Source: Candidatus Krumholzibacteriota bacterium (GTDB lineage Bacteria; Krumholzibacteriota; Krumholzibacteriia; JAJRXK01). From it: DNA of 64,000 nucleotides. The position numbers and the translations under genes are program-made. Position 1 is the stretch's first letter. Every line of letters starts with the position of its first letter. Below, piece by piece: positions 29,829-39,931 of the stretch. The stretch is from NCBI GenBank assembly GCA_963727455.1, contig CAVSGG010000015.1, forward strand, positions 1 through 64,000, written 5' to 3'. The notes below the pieces were generated by a model. It worked only from the letters and a program-made list of their open reading frames with translations. It was not told the origin of the DNA and searched no databases.

Positions 29829-30397
29829 GACGCGTCCGTTCCCTCGGCCTCGTCCGTCGTCGCCTCGGCGTCTTGGGCCTCGGCCTCTGGCGAGGCCTCT
29901 GCAGCCTCGGCGGCCGGCTTGTCTTCCGCCTCGGCGGCCTGGGCTTCCTTGCCTTCCTCAGCGCCTTCCGCCTTGGCCAGCTTGGCCTTCAAATAGGCTT
30001 TCTCGGCTTCCTCACGCTTTTTCGCTTCGGCCGAGTGGGACTCGCTCAGCTTCTGGCGCGTCGCCTCGAGTCGCGAGCTGTGTCGCGCCCGGTACTCTTC
30101 CACCTTGCTCTCGATCTCAGCGACCGGAAGACCGCTTTTCCTCAGATGCCAACGGTAGAGAATTCCCTCGTTGCGCAGGAGCGAGCGCGCGGTGTCCGAC
30201 ATGCCCGCACCCTTTTCGAGCCACTCGATCGCCCGGTCATGGTCGATCTTCACTTCGCGCGGCTCGACGAAGGGGTTGTAGTGACCCAGCTTGTCGATGT
30301 AGTCCCCGTCGCGTCGCTCACGACTGTCCAGCACCACGAGACGATAGAAAGGATGCTTCTTGCGACCCATGCGGGTCAGGCGAATGGTAGCGGACAT
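29825..30397 (-). CDS. rpsP: 30S ribosomal protein S16 with long Ala/Glu-rich tail
   Basis: IRLTRMGRKKHPFYRLVV...RDG and LGHYNP. Confidence 0.96.
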   Translation of the reverse strand: MSATIRLTRMGRKKHPFYRLVVLDSRERRDGDYIDKLGHYNPFVEPREVKIDHDRAIEWLEKGAGMSDTARSLLRNEGILYRWHLRKSGLPVAEIESKVEEYRARHSSRLEATRQKLSESHSAEAKKREEAEKAYLKAKLAKAEGAEEGKEAQAAEAEDKPAAEAAEASPEAEAQDAEATTDEAEGTDAS

Positions 30398-30450
30398 TTT
30401 CCTTCAACTCCTTCGTAGGGTTCGAGCGGCTTGAGCTCCTTTTCCACAGA

Positions 30451-31785
30451 CTAGATCCGCGGAAACATGCCCTTGCCGAGGCGGTCGATCGATCCCGGCT
30501 TGGCCAAGACCTTCATCATTTTCTTCATGTCGCGGAATTGCTTGAGCAAGCGGTTCACGTCCACGACCTGCGTGCCGCTGCCCTTTGCGATCCTCTTGCG
30601 CCGGCTGCCATTGATGATTTCGGGCCGCCGGCGCTCCTGAAGCGTCATCGAGGAGATGATGGCCTCCGTCCGGGCCATCTGCCTCTCATCGACCTTCGCT
30701 TCCTTGAGCATCTTCGCGTTCATCCCGGGCATCAGACCCAGGACCTGCTTCAGCGGTCCCATCTTCTTGATCTGGCGCAGCTGGTCGAGAAAGTCCTCCA
30801 GATCGAATTGCTGCTTGCGCAGCTTCTGCTCCATGCGCTTGGCCTTTTCCTCATCGATTTCCTGCTGTGCTTTTTCGATGAGGCTGAGCATGTCTCCCAT
30901 GCCCAGAATGCGCCCCGCGATTCGATCGGGGTGAAATATGTCGAGATCACTCGGCTTCTCCCCCGTGCTGACGAACTTGATCGGCTTGCCGGTGACTTCG
31001 ACCATGCTGAGCGCGGCACCGCCGCGAGCATCGCCGTCGAGTTTGGTCAAGACGGAGCCGGTGACGCCAATCTTCTCGTCGAAGGTCCTGGCGATCGAAA
31101 CCGCCTCTTGACCGGTCATCGCGTCGAGCACCAGAAGGCGCTCGCTCGGCTCAAGCGCCTCGGAGAGCGCCGCGAGTTGAATCATCAGGGCTTCGTCGAT
31201 CTGGAGTCGACCGGCGGTATCCACCACCAGCACGTCGCAGAGCTCCTGTAGCGCGTGGTGTTGCGCCTCTTGCGCCACCTTTACCACGTCTTTGGTCTCT
31301 CTGTTGGTGTAGACCGCTACCTCGCATTGCCCGGCCAGAGTCTCGAGCTGCTCGATTGCGGCGGGGCGCTGCAAGTCGCAAGCGACGAGGAGAGGACGGC
31401 GTCCCATCGATTTCAAGTGCAGAGCCAACTTGGCGCTGAAGGTGGTCTTACCCGAACCCTGCAGACCCATCACCAGCACTGCGACCGGAGGAGAACCCTC
31501 CAGCTTCAGCGAGGCGGTGGATCCGCCCAGAAGAGCGATGAGCTCCTCGTGCACGATCTTTACCATCTGCTGTCCGGGGCTCAGGCTCTTGAGAACCTCG
31601 GCGCCCAGGGCCTTCTCGCGCACGCGTTGCACGAACCCGCGCGCCACCGAGAGCTCCACGTCCGCCGAGAGTAGCGCACGCCGGATCTCGCGCAGGCCAT
31701 CGGCCATGTTCTCTTCACTGAGCTTCCCCTGACCGGAGAGGCTCTTGAAGACTCCTTCGAGTTTGGATTGCAGATCCTGGAACAT
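30451..31785 (-). CDS. ffh: Signal recognition particle protein
   Basis: GLQGSGKTT, DTAGR, TKLDGDARGG and M domain. Confidence 0.97.
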   Translation of the reverse strand: MFQDLQSKLEGVFKSLSGQGKLSEENMADGLREIRRALLSADVELSVARGFVQRVREKALGAEVLKSLSPGQQMVKIVHEELIALLGGSTASLKLEGSPPVAVLVMGLQGSGKTTFSAKLALHLKSMGRRPLLVACDLQRPAAIEQLETLAGQCEVAVYTNRETKDVVKVAQEAQHHALQELCDVLVVDTAGRLQIDEALMIQLAALSEALEPSERLLVLDAMTGQEAVSIARTFDEKIGVTGSVLTKLDGDARGGAALSMVEVTGKPIKFVSTGEKPSDLDIFHPDRIAGRILGMGDMLSLIEKAQQEIDEEKAKRMEQKLRKQQFDLEDFLDQLRQIKKMGPLKQVLGLMPGMNAKMLKEAKVDERQMARTEAIISSMTLQERRRPEIINGSRRKRIAKGSGTQVVDVNRLLKQFRDMKKMMKVLAKPGSIDRLGKGMFPRI

Positions 31786-31968
31786 GGTCAAAGAATCGGG
31801 CTGACTTGGCTTCCCGACGCCGTCCGGGGTAAGTGCACACCAACGCCCCGGCGGCAGAGCCCCCGGGCGCAGAAACAAACGGGCAAAAAAGAATCAGCCT
31901 GGCACGATAGCAGCTTGAGGGGTCTCGCGCAAGGTCGCGCCACACAAGGAGATCGCCGCGCAGCCGTC

Positions 31969-32619
31969 TCAGGCGCCACGCAAGCTGCGCGTCATAGCTT
32001 GATAGTCCTTCGAGCCGAAGAAGGAGGATCCCGAAACCAGGATCTCCGCACCGGCCTCGCGGGCCAAGGGGGCCGTTTCCGCATCGATTCCACCGTCGAT
32101 CTCCAGTACGCAGTGGTGGCCGTCCGCCTCGCGCCAGGCCCGCAGCTGCTCGAACTTGGACAGGACCGAGGGGTCGAAGGCCTGTCCGGCGAAACCGGGG
32201 TGCACCGACATCACCAAAAAGAGGTCGCAGCTGGCGAAGAGGGGCCGGTGCTCCGCCTCGCGCAGCGGGCTCGCGGGGTTCAGGGCCAGACCGGCCCTAC
32301 CCCCCTTCTCTTGGATCTGTCGCAGGATTCTGCCGTGATCGAGGTCCAGCTCCAGATGAAAGCTGACGCAGCTCACCCCAGCATCCAAGAAGCGCATGGC
32401 ATAGTCCAGGGGGTCCTCGACCATCAGGTGGCAGTCAACGGGAAGCCGGCTCAGCTTGCAGATGGCTCGCGCGAAATGGGGGCCATAGCTGAGGTTGTCC
32501 ACGAAGTGGCCGTCCATGATGTCCAGATGGAAGAGGTCGGCGCCCGCCTCTTGCGCCGCCTCCATTTCCGCGGCAAGATGCAGCAAATCGGCCGAGAGCA
32601 ACGACGGCGCCACCGCCAC
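31969..32619 (-). CDS. rpe: Ribulose-phosphate 3-epimerase
   Basis: APSLLSAD, HLDIMDGHFV, DCHLMV, MSVHPGF and IDGG. Confidence 0.94.
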   Translation of the reverse strand: MAVAPSLLSADLLHLAAEMEAAQEAGADLFHLDIMDGHFVDNLSYGPHFARAICKLSRLPVDCHLMVEDPLDYAMRFLDAGVSCVSFHLELDLDHGRILRQIQEKGGRAGLALNPASPLREAEHRPLFASCDLFLVMSVHPGFAGQAFDPSVLSKFEQLRAWREADGHHCVLEIDGGIDAETAPLAREAGAEILVSGSSFFGSKDYQAMTRSLRGA

Positions 32620-32626
32620 CGTTGTC

Positions 32627-33352
32627 TCAGTCCTGTTTCGAAGCCACCAGCTCAATGCTCCCTCCTCCCACGATGCGCGAACCCGCCAGAGGCCACTGCT
32701 TGAGAATCGTGCCGGGAAACGCGCCCGCGTCAGAGGCATAGGTGATGCGGCGCAGCTCGAATCCGGCTGCGCTCAATTCCGCACGTACCTTGACCAAGCT
32801 CCGTCCCACGAAGGAGGGCACGCGGTAGTACTGCCTCTCGCGCTCCTCGCGGAGGAGGACGTCTACCACCGTACCACGTGGGACCTGAGCGCCCGGCTGG
32901 GGGCGTTGTGCCGCGATGCCGATACGACCCACGGGATCGTACGAGCGAGCCACCCGTCCCACTTTGAGGTTCTCCCGAAGCAGCGAGATCTCGCACTGAC
33001 GCAGACTCATCCCCAGAAGATCGGGGACCCGCGCGTAGGCTTCCCCCTTGCTCAGCACCAGGCGAATCTCCCGGCCTTTTCGCACCGAGCGGAGACCGCG
33101 CGGCGCTTGGTCGAGCACGATGCCCGGCGGGGTCCCGTCCTGGTAGACCTCGTCTCCCACCTCGACCTTGAGGCCAAGCCGCCTGGCCTCCTCCCTCGCC
33201 TGCGCGAGAGGCAGCCCTTGCAGCTCGGGCACCAAAACTGTTTTCTGGCGGTGTACCATCCAGGGCAGGAAGGTCGAGTTCGCCAGCAGGATTCCAACGA
33301 AGATCGCCACGACGATCAAAAGAAGCGTCAGGAAGAAGCGTCCCACCGTCAC
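32627..33352 (-). CDS. Membrane-anchored protein with three PASTA domains
   Basis: TM helix followed by three VP(E/D/S)(L/F)xG...Q.P repeats; GTGA overlap with the rsmB stop. Confidence 0.88.
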   Translation of the reverse strand: MTVGRFFLTLLLIVVAIFVGILLANSTFLPWMVHRQKTVLVPELQGLPLAQAREEARRLGLKVEVGDEVYQDGTPPGIVLDQAPRGLRSVRKGREIRLVLSKGEAYARVPDLLGMSLRQCEISLLRENLKVGRVARSYDPVGRIGIAAQRPQPGAQVPRGTVVDVLLREERERQYYRVPSFVGRSLVKVRAELSAAGFELRRITYASDAGAFPGTILKQWPLAGSRIVGGGSIELVASKQD

Positions 33353-34731
33353 GACCGTCTCTCCTTGCGCGTGAGAACCGCAGCGAACGCGCCATCGCAA
33401 TCGTGCAGATGCGGCCAGACGCGAAGGCGTCCGTTCTGCACGAGCTCTTTGGGAACGCGAGCCGGGATTCCGAGTTCCACCAGGTCCTCGCGCTCTTCGA
33501 GAAGCGCGTCGACCACCGCCTCGTTCTCTTCGCGCTCGAGTGAGCAGGTAGCGTACACGATGATGCCGCCGAACGCACAGAGTTCCACGGCGGAAGCGAG
33601 TAACTCACGTTGTAAGCGCGGTAACTTGATGAGATCGCTCGGCTTTCTGCGCCAGCGGGCCTCGTGCCGCCGCGCCAACACTCCGGTGCCACTGCAAGGC
33701 GCGTCCACCAGGATGGCGTCGAAGCTGGCCGGCCGCAGGGGCGGACGCGTTCCGTCCGCTACGAGGGCTCTGAGCTGCGAAAGACCCAAGCGCCGCCGCA
33801 TCTCACAGAGTCGCCGCATTCTGCCTAGCTGCGCATCGAGCGCCACCACCTCTGCCGAGGACCCGAAGCGTTCGGCTAACTGTGCGGCTTTCCCGCCGGG
33901 GGCCGCACAAAGGTCCAGGATCAATCGGGCCGAGTCCTGCGAAAAGAGCGTGGGCACCAGTTGCGCCGCCTCGTCCTGGATCGTCACCATAGCTCCGAGC
34001 TCGGCCAGCACGCGCGGGGCAGGCACTCTGGTGTGCAGAACCAGGGCGTCGTTTGCCCATCGTCCGGGTTGAAGCTCCCACCCGAGCTCTCGCGCCGCGC
34101 GGAGGAGCTCCTCTCGATCTCGCCCGCAGCTCCTCAGGACCAAGGGAGGCCGCCGGTTGTCGGCCTCGCACAGAGCGAGGACCTGATCGAGGGGAAGAAC
34201 CTCGGCCCACCGCTCCACCAGCCAACGCGGATGACTGAGCCAGTTCACGGCATACTCGAGGGGATTCTCCTGCGCGGAGGGGAAATGCCTGTGAGGGCCC
34301 TCTCGCGCCACACGCCGCAGAATGCCGTTCACGAACCCCGCAGCGTGAGCGCAGCGAAGGGCGCGTGCCAGCTCGACGCACTGGGACACCACGGCGTGGG
34401 GTGGGCTGCGCAGCTCGCAGAGTTCGTGCAGTCCCAGCCAAAGCGCGACGCGGACGGGGGCCTGTGGAGCTTGTTTGGCCAGACGACGCACGAGAAAGTC
34501 GTAGCGACCGTGCAGACGGACACAACCATAAACCAGTTCGCGGACACGGCGGCGTTCGGCCGAGCGGATACGCGTTGAGGGTTGCGAGGGTTCTTCCTCT
34601 TCGAACTCGCTCAGGATTTCGCGTACGTAGCCCTTCCGGGTGAGCCATTGCAAGAGCACGCGAGCCGCGCGCAGACGAACCGGGTCGAGAGAAGCGGAGT
34701 GGTGAGGCGAGGATCCCTGGCGCGCCCCCAT
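33349..34731 (-). CDS. rsmB: 16S rRNA m5C967 methyltransferase
   Basis: NusB-like N-terminus (FVNGILR), DLCAAPGGK, VDAPCSGTG and YATCS. Confidence 0.93.
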   Translation of the reverse strand: MGARQGSSPHHSASLDPVRLRAARVLLQWLTRKGYVREILSEFEEEEPSQPSTRIRSAERRRVRELVYGCVRLHGRYDFLVRRLAKQAPQAPVRVALWLGLHELCELRSPPHAVVSQCVELARALRCAHAAGFVNGILRRVAREGPHRHFPSAQENPLEYAVNWLSHPRWLVERWAEVLPLDQVLALCEADNRRPPLVLRSCGRDREELLRAARELGWELQPGRWANDALVLHTRVPAPRVLAELGAMVTIQDEAAQLVPTLFSQDSARLILDLCAAPGGKAAQLAERFGSSAEVVALDAQLGRMRRLCEMRRRLGLSQLRALVADGTRPPLRPASFDAILVDAPCSGTGVLARRHEARWRRKPSDLIKLPRLQRELLASAVELCAFGGIIVYATCSLEREENEAVVDALLEEREDLVELGIPARVPKELVQNGRLRVWPHLHDCDGAFAAVLTRKERRS

Positions 34732-34732
34732 C

Positions 34733-35692
34733 TCAGACAGGCACGCGCGCGGGCACGTCCGCCAGAGGCAGGAGTCTGTCTCCCACCTGCAGAGGAAAAC
34801 CGCGCGCAAATTGAAGAGGACTGAGAAATCGGCCGCCCGCCCGTTGAACGGAATGAATTTGGACCGCTCCAGCCGCGCATCCGACGCACATTCCCGCTTC
34901 GTCGATCGCCAGGATCTCCCCGGCCGCGCCACGAAGCTCAGTCAGCAAACGACTCCCCTTGAGTTTCAGAGCCTGCCCGTCCTTGAGGACCGCCACCCCC
35001 GGCCAGGGACTGAGTCCGCGGATGCGGTCGTGGACTTCCTCGGCGCTTCGCGCGAAATCCACCGTACCCTCTTCCTTGCGGAGCATCGGCGCAAGAGTCA
35101 CTCCCTCGCTCGCTTGGGGCAGGGGACTTAGCCCCCGCGACTGAATCTCGTCGAGCGTATGCACCAGAAGTTGCGCGCCCATTTCGGCCAAACGGTCGTG
35201 AAGCTCGCCCGCCGTCTCCTGTGGACCAATCGGCGTCTCCACCCGCTCGTATACGGGGCCGGTGTCCATTCCCTTCTCCAAACGCATGGTGCAGACTCCG
35301 GTCTTTTCGTCACCCGCGATGATGGCGCGATGAATGGGGGCCGCACCGCGCCAACGCGGGAGAAGTGAGGCGTGAAGGTTGAGACAACCCAGAGAGGGAC
35401 CGTGCAAAAGAGGTTCACGGATGAGATGGCCGAATGCGACCACTACCGCGAGTTCGGGTGAGAACGAGAGAATGTGACGGTAGGCCTCCTCGCGGGCCCT
35501 CGGTCGCAGGCAGGCGTCCGCGAGCCCCAGTTCCCTCGCACGCTGTCGAACCGGGGTGGGAACGAGCGCGCGCCCGCGTCCTTTTGCCTTGTCCGGTTGT
35601 GTCACCACCAGCGCGAGTTCGTGCCCGGCGTGGACAAGAGCCTCGAGAGAGGGAATTGCGAACTCGGGAGAACCGAGGAAAACGAGACGCAC
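34733..35692 (-). CDS. fmt: Methionyl-tRNA formyltransferase
   Basis: GSPEFA, TQPD and NLHASLLPRWRGAAP. Confidence 0.96.
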   Translation of the reverse strand: MRLVFLGSPEFAIPSLEALVHAGHELALVVTQPDKAKGRGRALVPTPVRQRARELGLADACLRPRAREEAYRHILSFSPELAVVVAFGHLIREPLLHGPSLGCLNLHASLLPRWRGAAPIHRAIIAGDEKTGVCTMRLEKGMDTGPVYERVETPIGPQETAGELHDRLAEMGAQLLVHTLDEIQSRGLSPLPQASEGVTLAPMLRKEEGTVDFARSAEEVHDRIRGLSPWPGVAVLKDGQALKLKGSRLLTELRGAAGEILAIDEAGMCVGCAAGAVQIHSVQRAGGRFLSPLQFARGFPLQVGDRLLPLADVPARVPV

Positions 35693-35694
35693 GA

Positions 35695-36213
35695 TCAGCC
35701 GGCTTTCGACTTGCGCGCGAGGGATTTGAGTTTCTTGGCCAAGAGCTTTCGTTTGAGCAGGGGCAGATGATCCACGAAGAGGATCCCCTCGAGATGATCG
35801 AACTCATGCTGGATGATGCGCGCGAGCAAGCCATCGTCATCGAGTTCGCAACTTTTTCCGTCCAGATCTTGATACACCGCGGTGATCCGGACCGGACGCT
35901 CCACGTCGGCCGTGATTCCTGGAAGCGAAAGGCAACCCTCGCTGAAAGAAGCGCGTTCGGAACTGAGGAAGGTCAATTCGGGATTCACCAGGGGCAAGAT
36001 GCGCGGCCAGCCGTCGCGTTCGTCACGGGCAATGAGCATGCGAAGATCCCGACCCACTTGGGGTGCGGCAAGACCGATCCCATCCTCGTGCGTCATGGCC
36101 TGGATCATTCCATCGCAGAGCTCACGCAGCTCGTCGTCGAAACGCTCCACCGGCCGACAAATGGAACGCAGAATCTCGCTCCCGTAGAGATAGATCTCAA
36201 GTTCGTCGCTCAT
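35695..36213 (-). CDS. def: Peptide deformylase
   Basis: GIGLAAPQ, EGCLS and HEFDH. Confidence 0.97.
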   Translation of the reverse strand: MSDELEIYLYGSEILRSICRPVERFDDELRELCDGMIQAMTHEDGIGLAAPQVGRDLRMLIARDERDGWPRILPLVNPELTFLSSERASFSEGCLSLPGITADVERPVRITAVYQDLDGKSCELDDDGLLARIIQHEFDHLEGILFVDHLPLLKRKLLAKKLKSLARKSKAG

Positions 36214-36232
36214 TGTCCCTCTCTGGGAATGC

Positions 36233-36580
36233 TCACTTCTTCTCGGTCACTACCCCCGCCACCGAACCGCGGGCGATCTCCACTTTCACACCCTCGCCGA
36301 TTGTGGCCACGATGATCCCACGATCCTCTTTGACGTTGAGAACGGTCGCGTGAAGCCCGCCGTTGGTGATGATGCGATCGCCCTTCTTCAAAGAGGCGAG
36401 CATTGCCTTGTGTTCCTTTTGACGCTTGGCCTGAGGCCGCCACATGAGAAAATAGAAAATCAGCAGGAACGCGAGAAAGAGCGGCATCATCGACCAGGGT
36501 GATGCCGACTGTCCTCCCTGGGCAGGCGCCGAAAACGCGGGAACCAGGACGGCGAGGGACGCAGTGTGAATAGGGCTCAA
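36233..36580 (-). CDS. yajC: Preprotein translocase subunit YajC
   Basis: FYFLMWRPQ...LKKGDRIITNGG; follows tgt. Confidence 0.93.
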   Translation of the reverse strand: MSPIHTASLAVLVPAFSAPAQGGQSASPWSMMPLFLAFLLIFYFLMWRPQAKRQKEHKAMLASLKKGDRIITNGGLHATVLNVKEDRGIIVATIGEGVKVEIARGSVAGVVTEKK

Positions 36581-36692
36581 GAGCCACCTCCAGAACAGGG
36601 TTTGCGCTCAGTCTAGGTGTGCGTGGATTTTCAGGCAAGCTCACAGCGGACTTCGACGCCGTGGCGCGATAGGGCCCGACTCCCTCCCGCCA

Positions 36693-37838
36693 TCAAGGTA
36701 CACGGCCGTTCTCCGCCTGATAGCGCGCCAGAAAGCTCGCCTGATATTCCTCGAACGCACGGTTCTGAATGGCCTGTCGAATCTCGGCCATGAGAGTCTG
36801 GTAGAAGCTGAGATTGTGCAGGGTGCAGAGCACCGGTCCGAGAATCTCTCCCGCGATGATGAGGTGCCGAAGGTACGCGCGCGTGTGCTTCGTGCAGGCC
36901 AGGCACGAGCAGCTCTCCTCGACCGGCCGCTCATCGGAGGCGAATCTCGCGTTGCGAAGCGCCAACCTTCCCTCGTGCGTCATGAGTGTTCCGTTACGCG
37001 CTATTCGGGTGGGCAACACGCAGTCGAACATGTCCACACCACCTTCGACTGCGGCCAGAATGTCCTCGGGGAATCCGACTCCCATGAGATAACGCGGCTT
37101 TTCTTGCGGAAGCAGCGCCGCGCTGAAGGCGCTCATCCGGTGCAGATCCTCCTTGCTCTCGCCCACTGAGAGTCCGCCGATCGCATACCCAGCCAAGTCC
37201 AGCGGCGTCAGTTCGCGAGCGCTACGCTCGCGTTGCGATCTCAGCACCCCACCCTGCATGATCCCGAAGAGCACTTGCTCGTGTCCCGCTTCGTGTCTTC
37301 GGCGCGGCCCGAAAGCCCCCACACAGCGTTTCGCCCAGCGGGTAGTCCGGCTCACGGCCTCCTCCACCATCTTCTCCTCGGCGGGAAGCGCCACGCAGTG
37401 GTCGAAAGCCATCACCACGTCGGCGCCCAGTGCGGCCTGAATCTCCATGCTGGATTCGGGACTGAGGAAATGCTCGGAACCATCCAGATGGGAACGGAAG
37501 CGCACGCCTTCCTCGCTCAGACGATTCAAATCCGAAAGAGAGAAGACCTGAAACCCGCCGCTGTCGGTGAGCATGGAACCGTCGTAGGCCATGAAGCGAT
37601 GCAAGCCGCCCAGACTCTGGATACGCTGGTGGGTTGGCCGAAGATATAGGTGATAGGTGTTCGCGAGGATCATCCGTGCGCCCGTACTGGCCAGCTGATC
37701 TACCGTCAGACCCTTCACCGTGGCTTGTGTTCCCACCGGCATGAAGACCGGGGTCTCTACCGAGCCGTGGTCGGTGCGCAAGCGTCCGCGGCGCGCCGCG
37801 CCGTCCTTGGCGAAAACTTCGAAGGAGAATCCACTCAT
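36693..37838 (-). CDS. tgt: Queuine tRNA-ribosyltransferase
   Basis: TPVFMPVGT, TDSGGFQ, DMFDCV and CxCxxC Zn site. Confidence 0.97.
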   Translation of the reverse strand: MSGFSFEVFAKDGAARRGRLRTDHGSVETPVFMPVGTQATVKGLTVDQLASTGARMILANTYHLYLRPTHQRIQSLGGLHRFMAYDGSMLTDSGGFQVFSLSDLNRLSEEGVRFRSHLDGSEHFLSPESSMEIQAALGADVVMAFDHCVALPAEEKMVEEAVSRTTRWAKRCVGAFGPRRRHEAGHEQVLFGIMQGGVLRSQRERSARELTPLDLAGYAIGGLSVGESKEDLHRMSAFSAALLPQEKPRYLMGVGFPEDILAAVEGGVDMFDCVLPTRIARNGTLMTHEGRLALRNARFASDERPVEESCSCLACTKHTRAYLRHLIIAGEILGPVLCTLHNLSFYQTLMAEIRQAIQNRAFEEYQASFLARYQAENGRVP

Positions 37839-38878
37839 GGCGCGCTCGACCTCTCTATCCAGTTGGCATCTCCGTAGGAGTAGAAACGATAGTCCTGGCG
37901 CAGGGCATGAGCGTAGGCCTCACGCCAGCGTTCGCCGGCAAAGGCCGCGACCAAGATCAGGAGACTGCTCCTGGGCAGATGAAAGTTGGTCAAGAGCACG
38001 TCCACCCAATTGAAGCTGTGACCCGGGCGGAGGAAGAGGGAGGTCGCCCCGGAGATTTCAGCCTCCAAGTTCGCGGGCAGACTCTCGAGGCTGCGGCAGG
38101 CCGTGGTTCCTACTGCGACCACACGCCCGCCACGAGCGCGGCAGCTTTTCAGTGCCTCTATCGTTTCCCGTGGTACCAGAAATCTCTCGGCGTGGAGGGA
38201 GCCGCGGCGAAGTTCGTCTTCACTCAGGGGAAGAAAGGTGCCCGGGCCTACGTGAAGGGTCACGAACGCGCGCCGTACTCCCTTGCGGTCCAAGGCGGCG
38301 AGAAGCTCTGCGTCGAAGTGCAGGCCGGCGGTAGGGGCTGCCACTGATCCCGTCTTCTGCGCGAAAACCGTCTGATAGCGCTCGGTATCCTCTTCATCAT
38401 CCGCGCGATGGATGTAGGGCGGGAGCGGAACGTGTCCGTAGCGCTGCGCATAGTCGAGCGGGGAGCGGCCGTCCTCGAGCCATACGCGCCGCATGCCACG
38501 CTCGAGAAACTCCCCCACCACCATTTCTGCACCACCCTCCAGCACGACTCTGGCATCGGGAGCGAGACGACGCCCCGGCCGGACTAGAGCGGACCAGCTC
38601 CCGTCGGGCAGGGGATCGGTCAAGAGGATCTCGGCCCTCGCGGAACCGCTCTTCTTGTTCCCATACAATCGGGCGGGAAAGACCCTGGTGTCGTTCAGCA
38701 CCAAAAGGTCGGAAGCTTCGAGCAAATGCCTCAGATCCTGGATCGTGCCATCCCTAAGTCCCCCCGCGCCTTCCCAGATGAGGAGCTTTGCATCGCCGCG
38801 CTGCGCCGGTGGACGTTGCGCGATCTTCTCTTGCGGAAGAACAAAGTCGTAGGCAGCGAGTTCGTCAGCAGGTGGCAT
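37835..38878 (-). CDS. queA: S-adenosylmethionine:tRNA ribosyltransferase-isomerase
   Basis: PLPPYI, YQTV, AAPTAGLHF, TNFHLPRS and FYSYGD. Confidence 0.97.
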   Translation of the reverse strand: MPPADELAAYDFVLPQEKIAQRPPAQRGDAKLLIWEGAGGLRDGTIQDLRHLLEASDLLVLNDTRVFPARLYGNKKSGSARAEILLTDPLPDGSWSALVRPGRRLAPDARVVLEGGAEMVVGEFLERGMRRVWLEDGRSPLDYAQRYGHVPLPPYIHRADDEEDTERYQTVFAQKTGSVAAPTAGLHFDAELLAALDRKGVRRAFVTLHVGPGTFLPLSEDELRRGSLHAERFLVPRETIEALKSCRARGGRVVAVGTTACRSLESLPANLEAEISGATSLFLRPGHSFNWVDVLLTNFHLPRSSLLILVAAFAGERWREAYAHALRQDYRFYSYGDANWIERSSAP

Positions 38879-39912
38879 CAGAAGAGATCGGGCTCTTTCT
38901 GCTGCGCCGGCACGGGGAGCCCCAGGTGTTGAAAGGCCTTGGGCGTGGCCATGCGGCCGCGAGGAGTCCGGTGCACGAGTCCCTCTTGAATGAGGAAGGG
39001 TTCCACCACGTCCTCCAAGGTGTCGGTCTCCTCGCCCAGGCTCACGGCAAGGGTCGACAGGCCCACCGGACCTCCGTGGAAATCGCTGGTGATCACCCTC
39101 AAGTACGAGCGGTCCAGGTTCTCCAGCCCCAAATGGTCTACCTCGAGTAGATCGAGCGCGCGCTGCACGATGCCACGATCCACGGAGCGATGCCCTTCGA
39201 CCTGCGCAACGTCCCGCACGCGTCGCAAAATACGGTTCGCCACCCGGGGAGTTCCGCGGCTACGACGCGCGATCTCGATGGTGCCGTCCTCGCTCAGTTC
39301 CATCTCGAGCAGCTTGGCGCTGCGCGCCACGATTCGCGCGAGCTCCGCCGGCGGATAGAACTCGAGATGCAACACGATCCCAAAACGCGAGCGCAGGGCC
39401 GGGGTCAGCAATCCGGCACGCGTCGTTGCGCCCACCAGAGTGAAGGGTTCCAGCTCCAGCTGGTAGTGGCGCGCAGCGGGTCCCTTGTCGATGACCAGTT
39501 CGACGCGAAAATCCTCCATCGCCGGATAGAGATGTTCCTCCACTACGCGGTTCAGCCGATGGATCTCGTCCACGAAAACACACTGCCTGCCTTCGTCGCG
39601 AGTCAGGATCGAGAGAAGCTCCGCTCCGTTGCTGAAGGCGGGACCGCTCGTGACGCGCAGCTGCGCGCCCAATTCCCTGGCCACGATCCCAGCCAGGGTG
39701 GTCTTGCCCAGACCTGGCGGGCCGTGCAGGAGCAGATGGTCCAGAGCCTCCCCCCGCTCCTTGGCCGCCCTGATGAATAGGCCGAGTTGCACTTTCAGAC
39801 GCTCTTGACCGATGAACTCCGCCAGACTCCGTGGCCTGAGTGCCCGGTCCGTTTCGGCTTCACCACCGGGTTGCGGACGTGGGTCGGTGAGTCTTTCCTT
39901 CGGATCCATCAC
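38878..39912 (-). CDS. ruvB: Holliday junction helicase RuvB
   Basis: GPPGLGKTT, DEIHRL, LYPAMED and RGTPR. Confidence 0.97.
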   Translation of the reverse strand: MMDPKERLTDPRPQPGGEAETDRALRPRSLAEFIGQERLKVQLGLFIRAAKERGEALDHLLLHGPPGLGKTTLAGIVARELGAQLRVTSGPAFSNGAELLSILTRDEGRQCVFVDEIHRLNRVVEEHLYPAMEDFRVELVIDKGPAARHYQLELEPFTLVGATTRAGLLTPALRSRFGIVLHLEFYPPAELARIVARSAKLLEMELSEDGTIEIARRSRGTPRVANRILRRVRDVAQVEGHRSVDRGIVQRALDLLEVDHLGLENLDRSYLRVITSDFHGGPVGLSTLAVSLGEETDTLEDVVEPFLIQEGLVHRTPRGRMATPKAFQHLGLPVPAQQKEPDLF

Positions 39913-39931
39913 AGCTTCCTCGGCTGACTTT

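Noticed and set aside
31786-31960. SRP RNA (ffs) next to ffh
   Set aside because: The conserved CAGG-GNRA-AGCAG domain IV motif is absent; kept only as a possible leader
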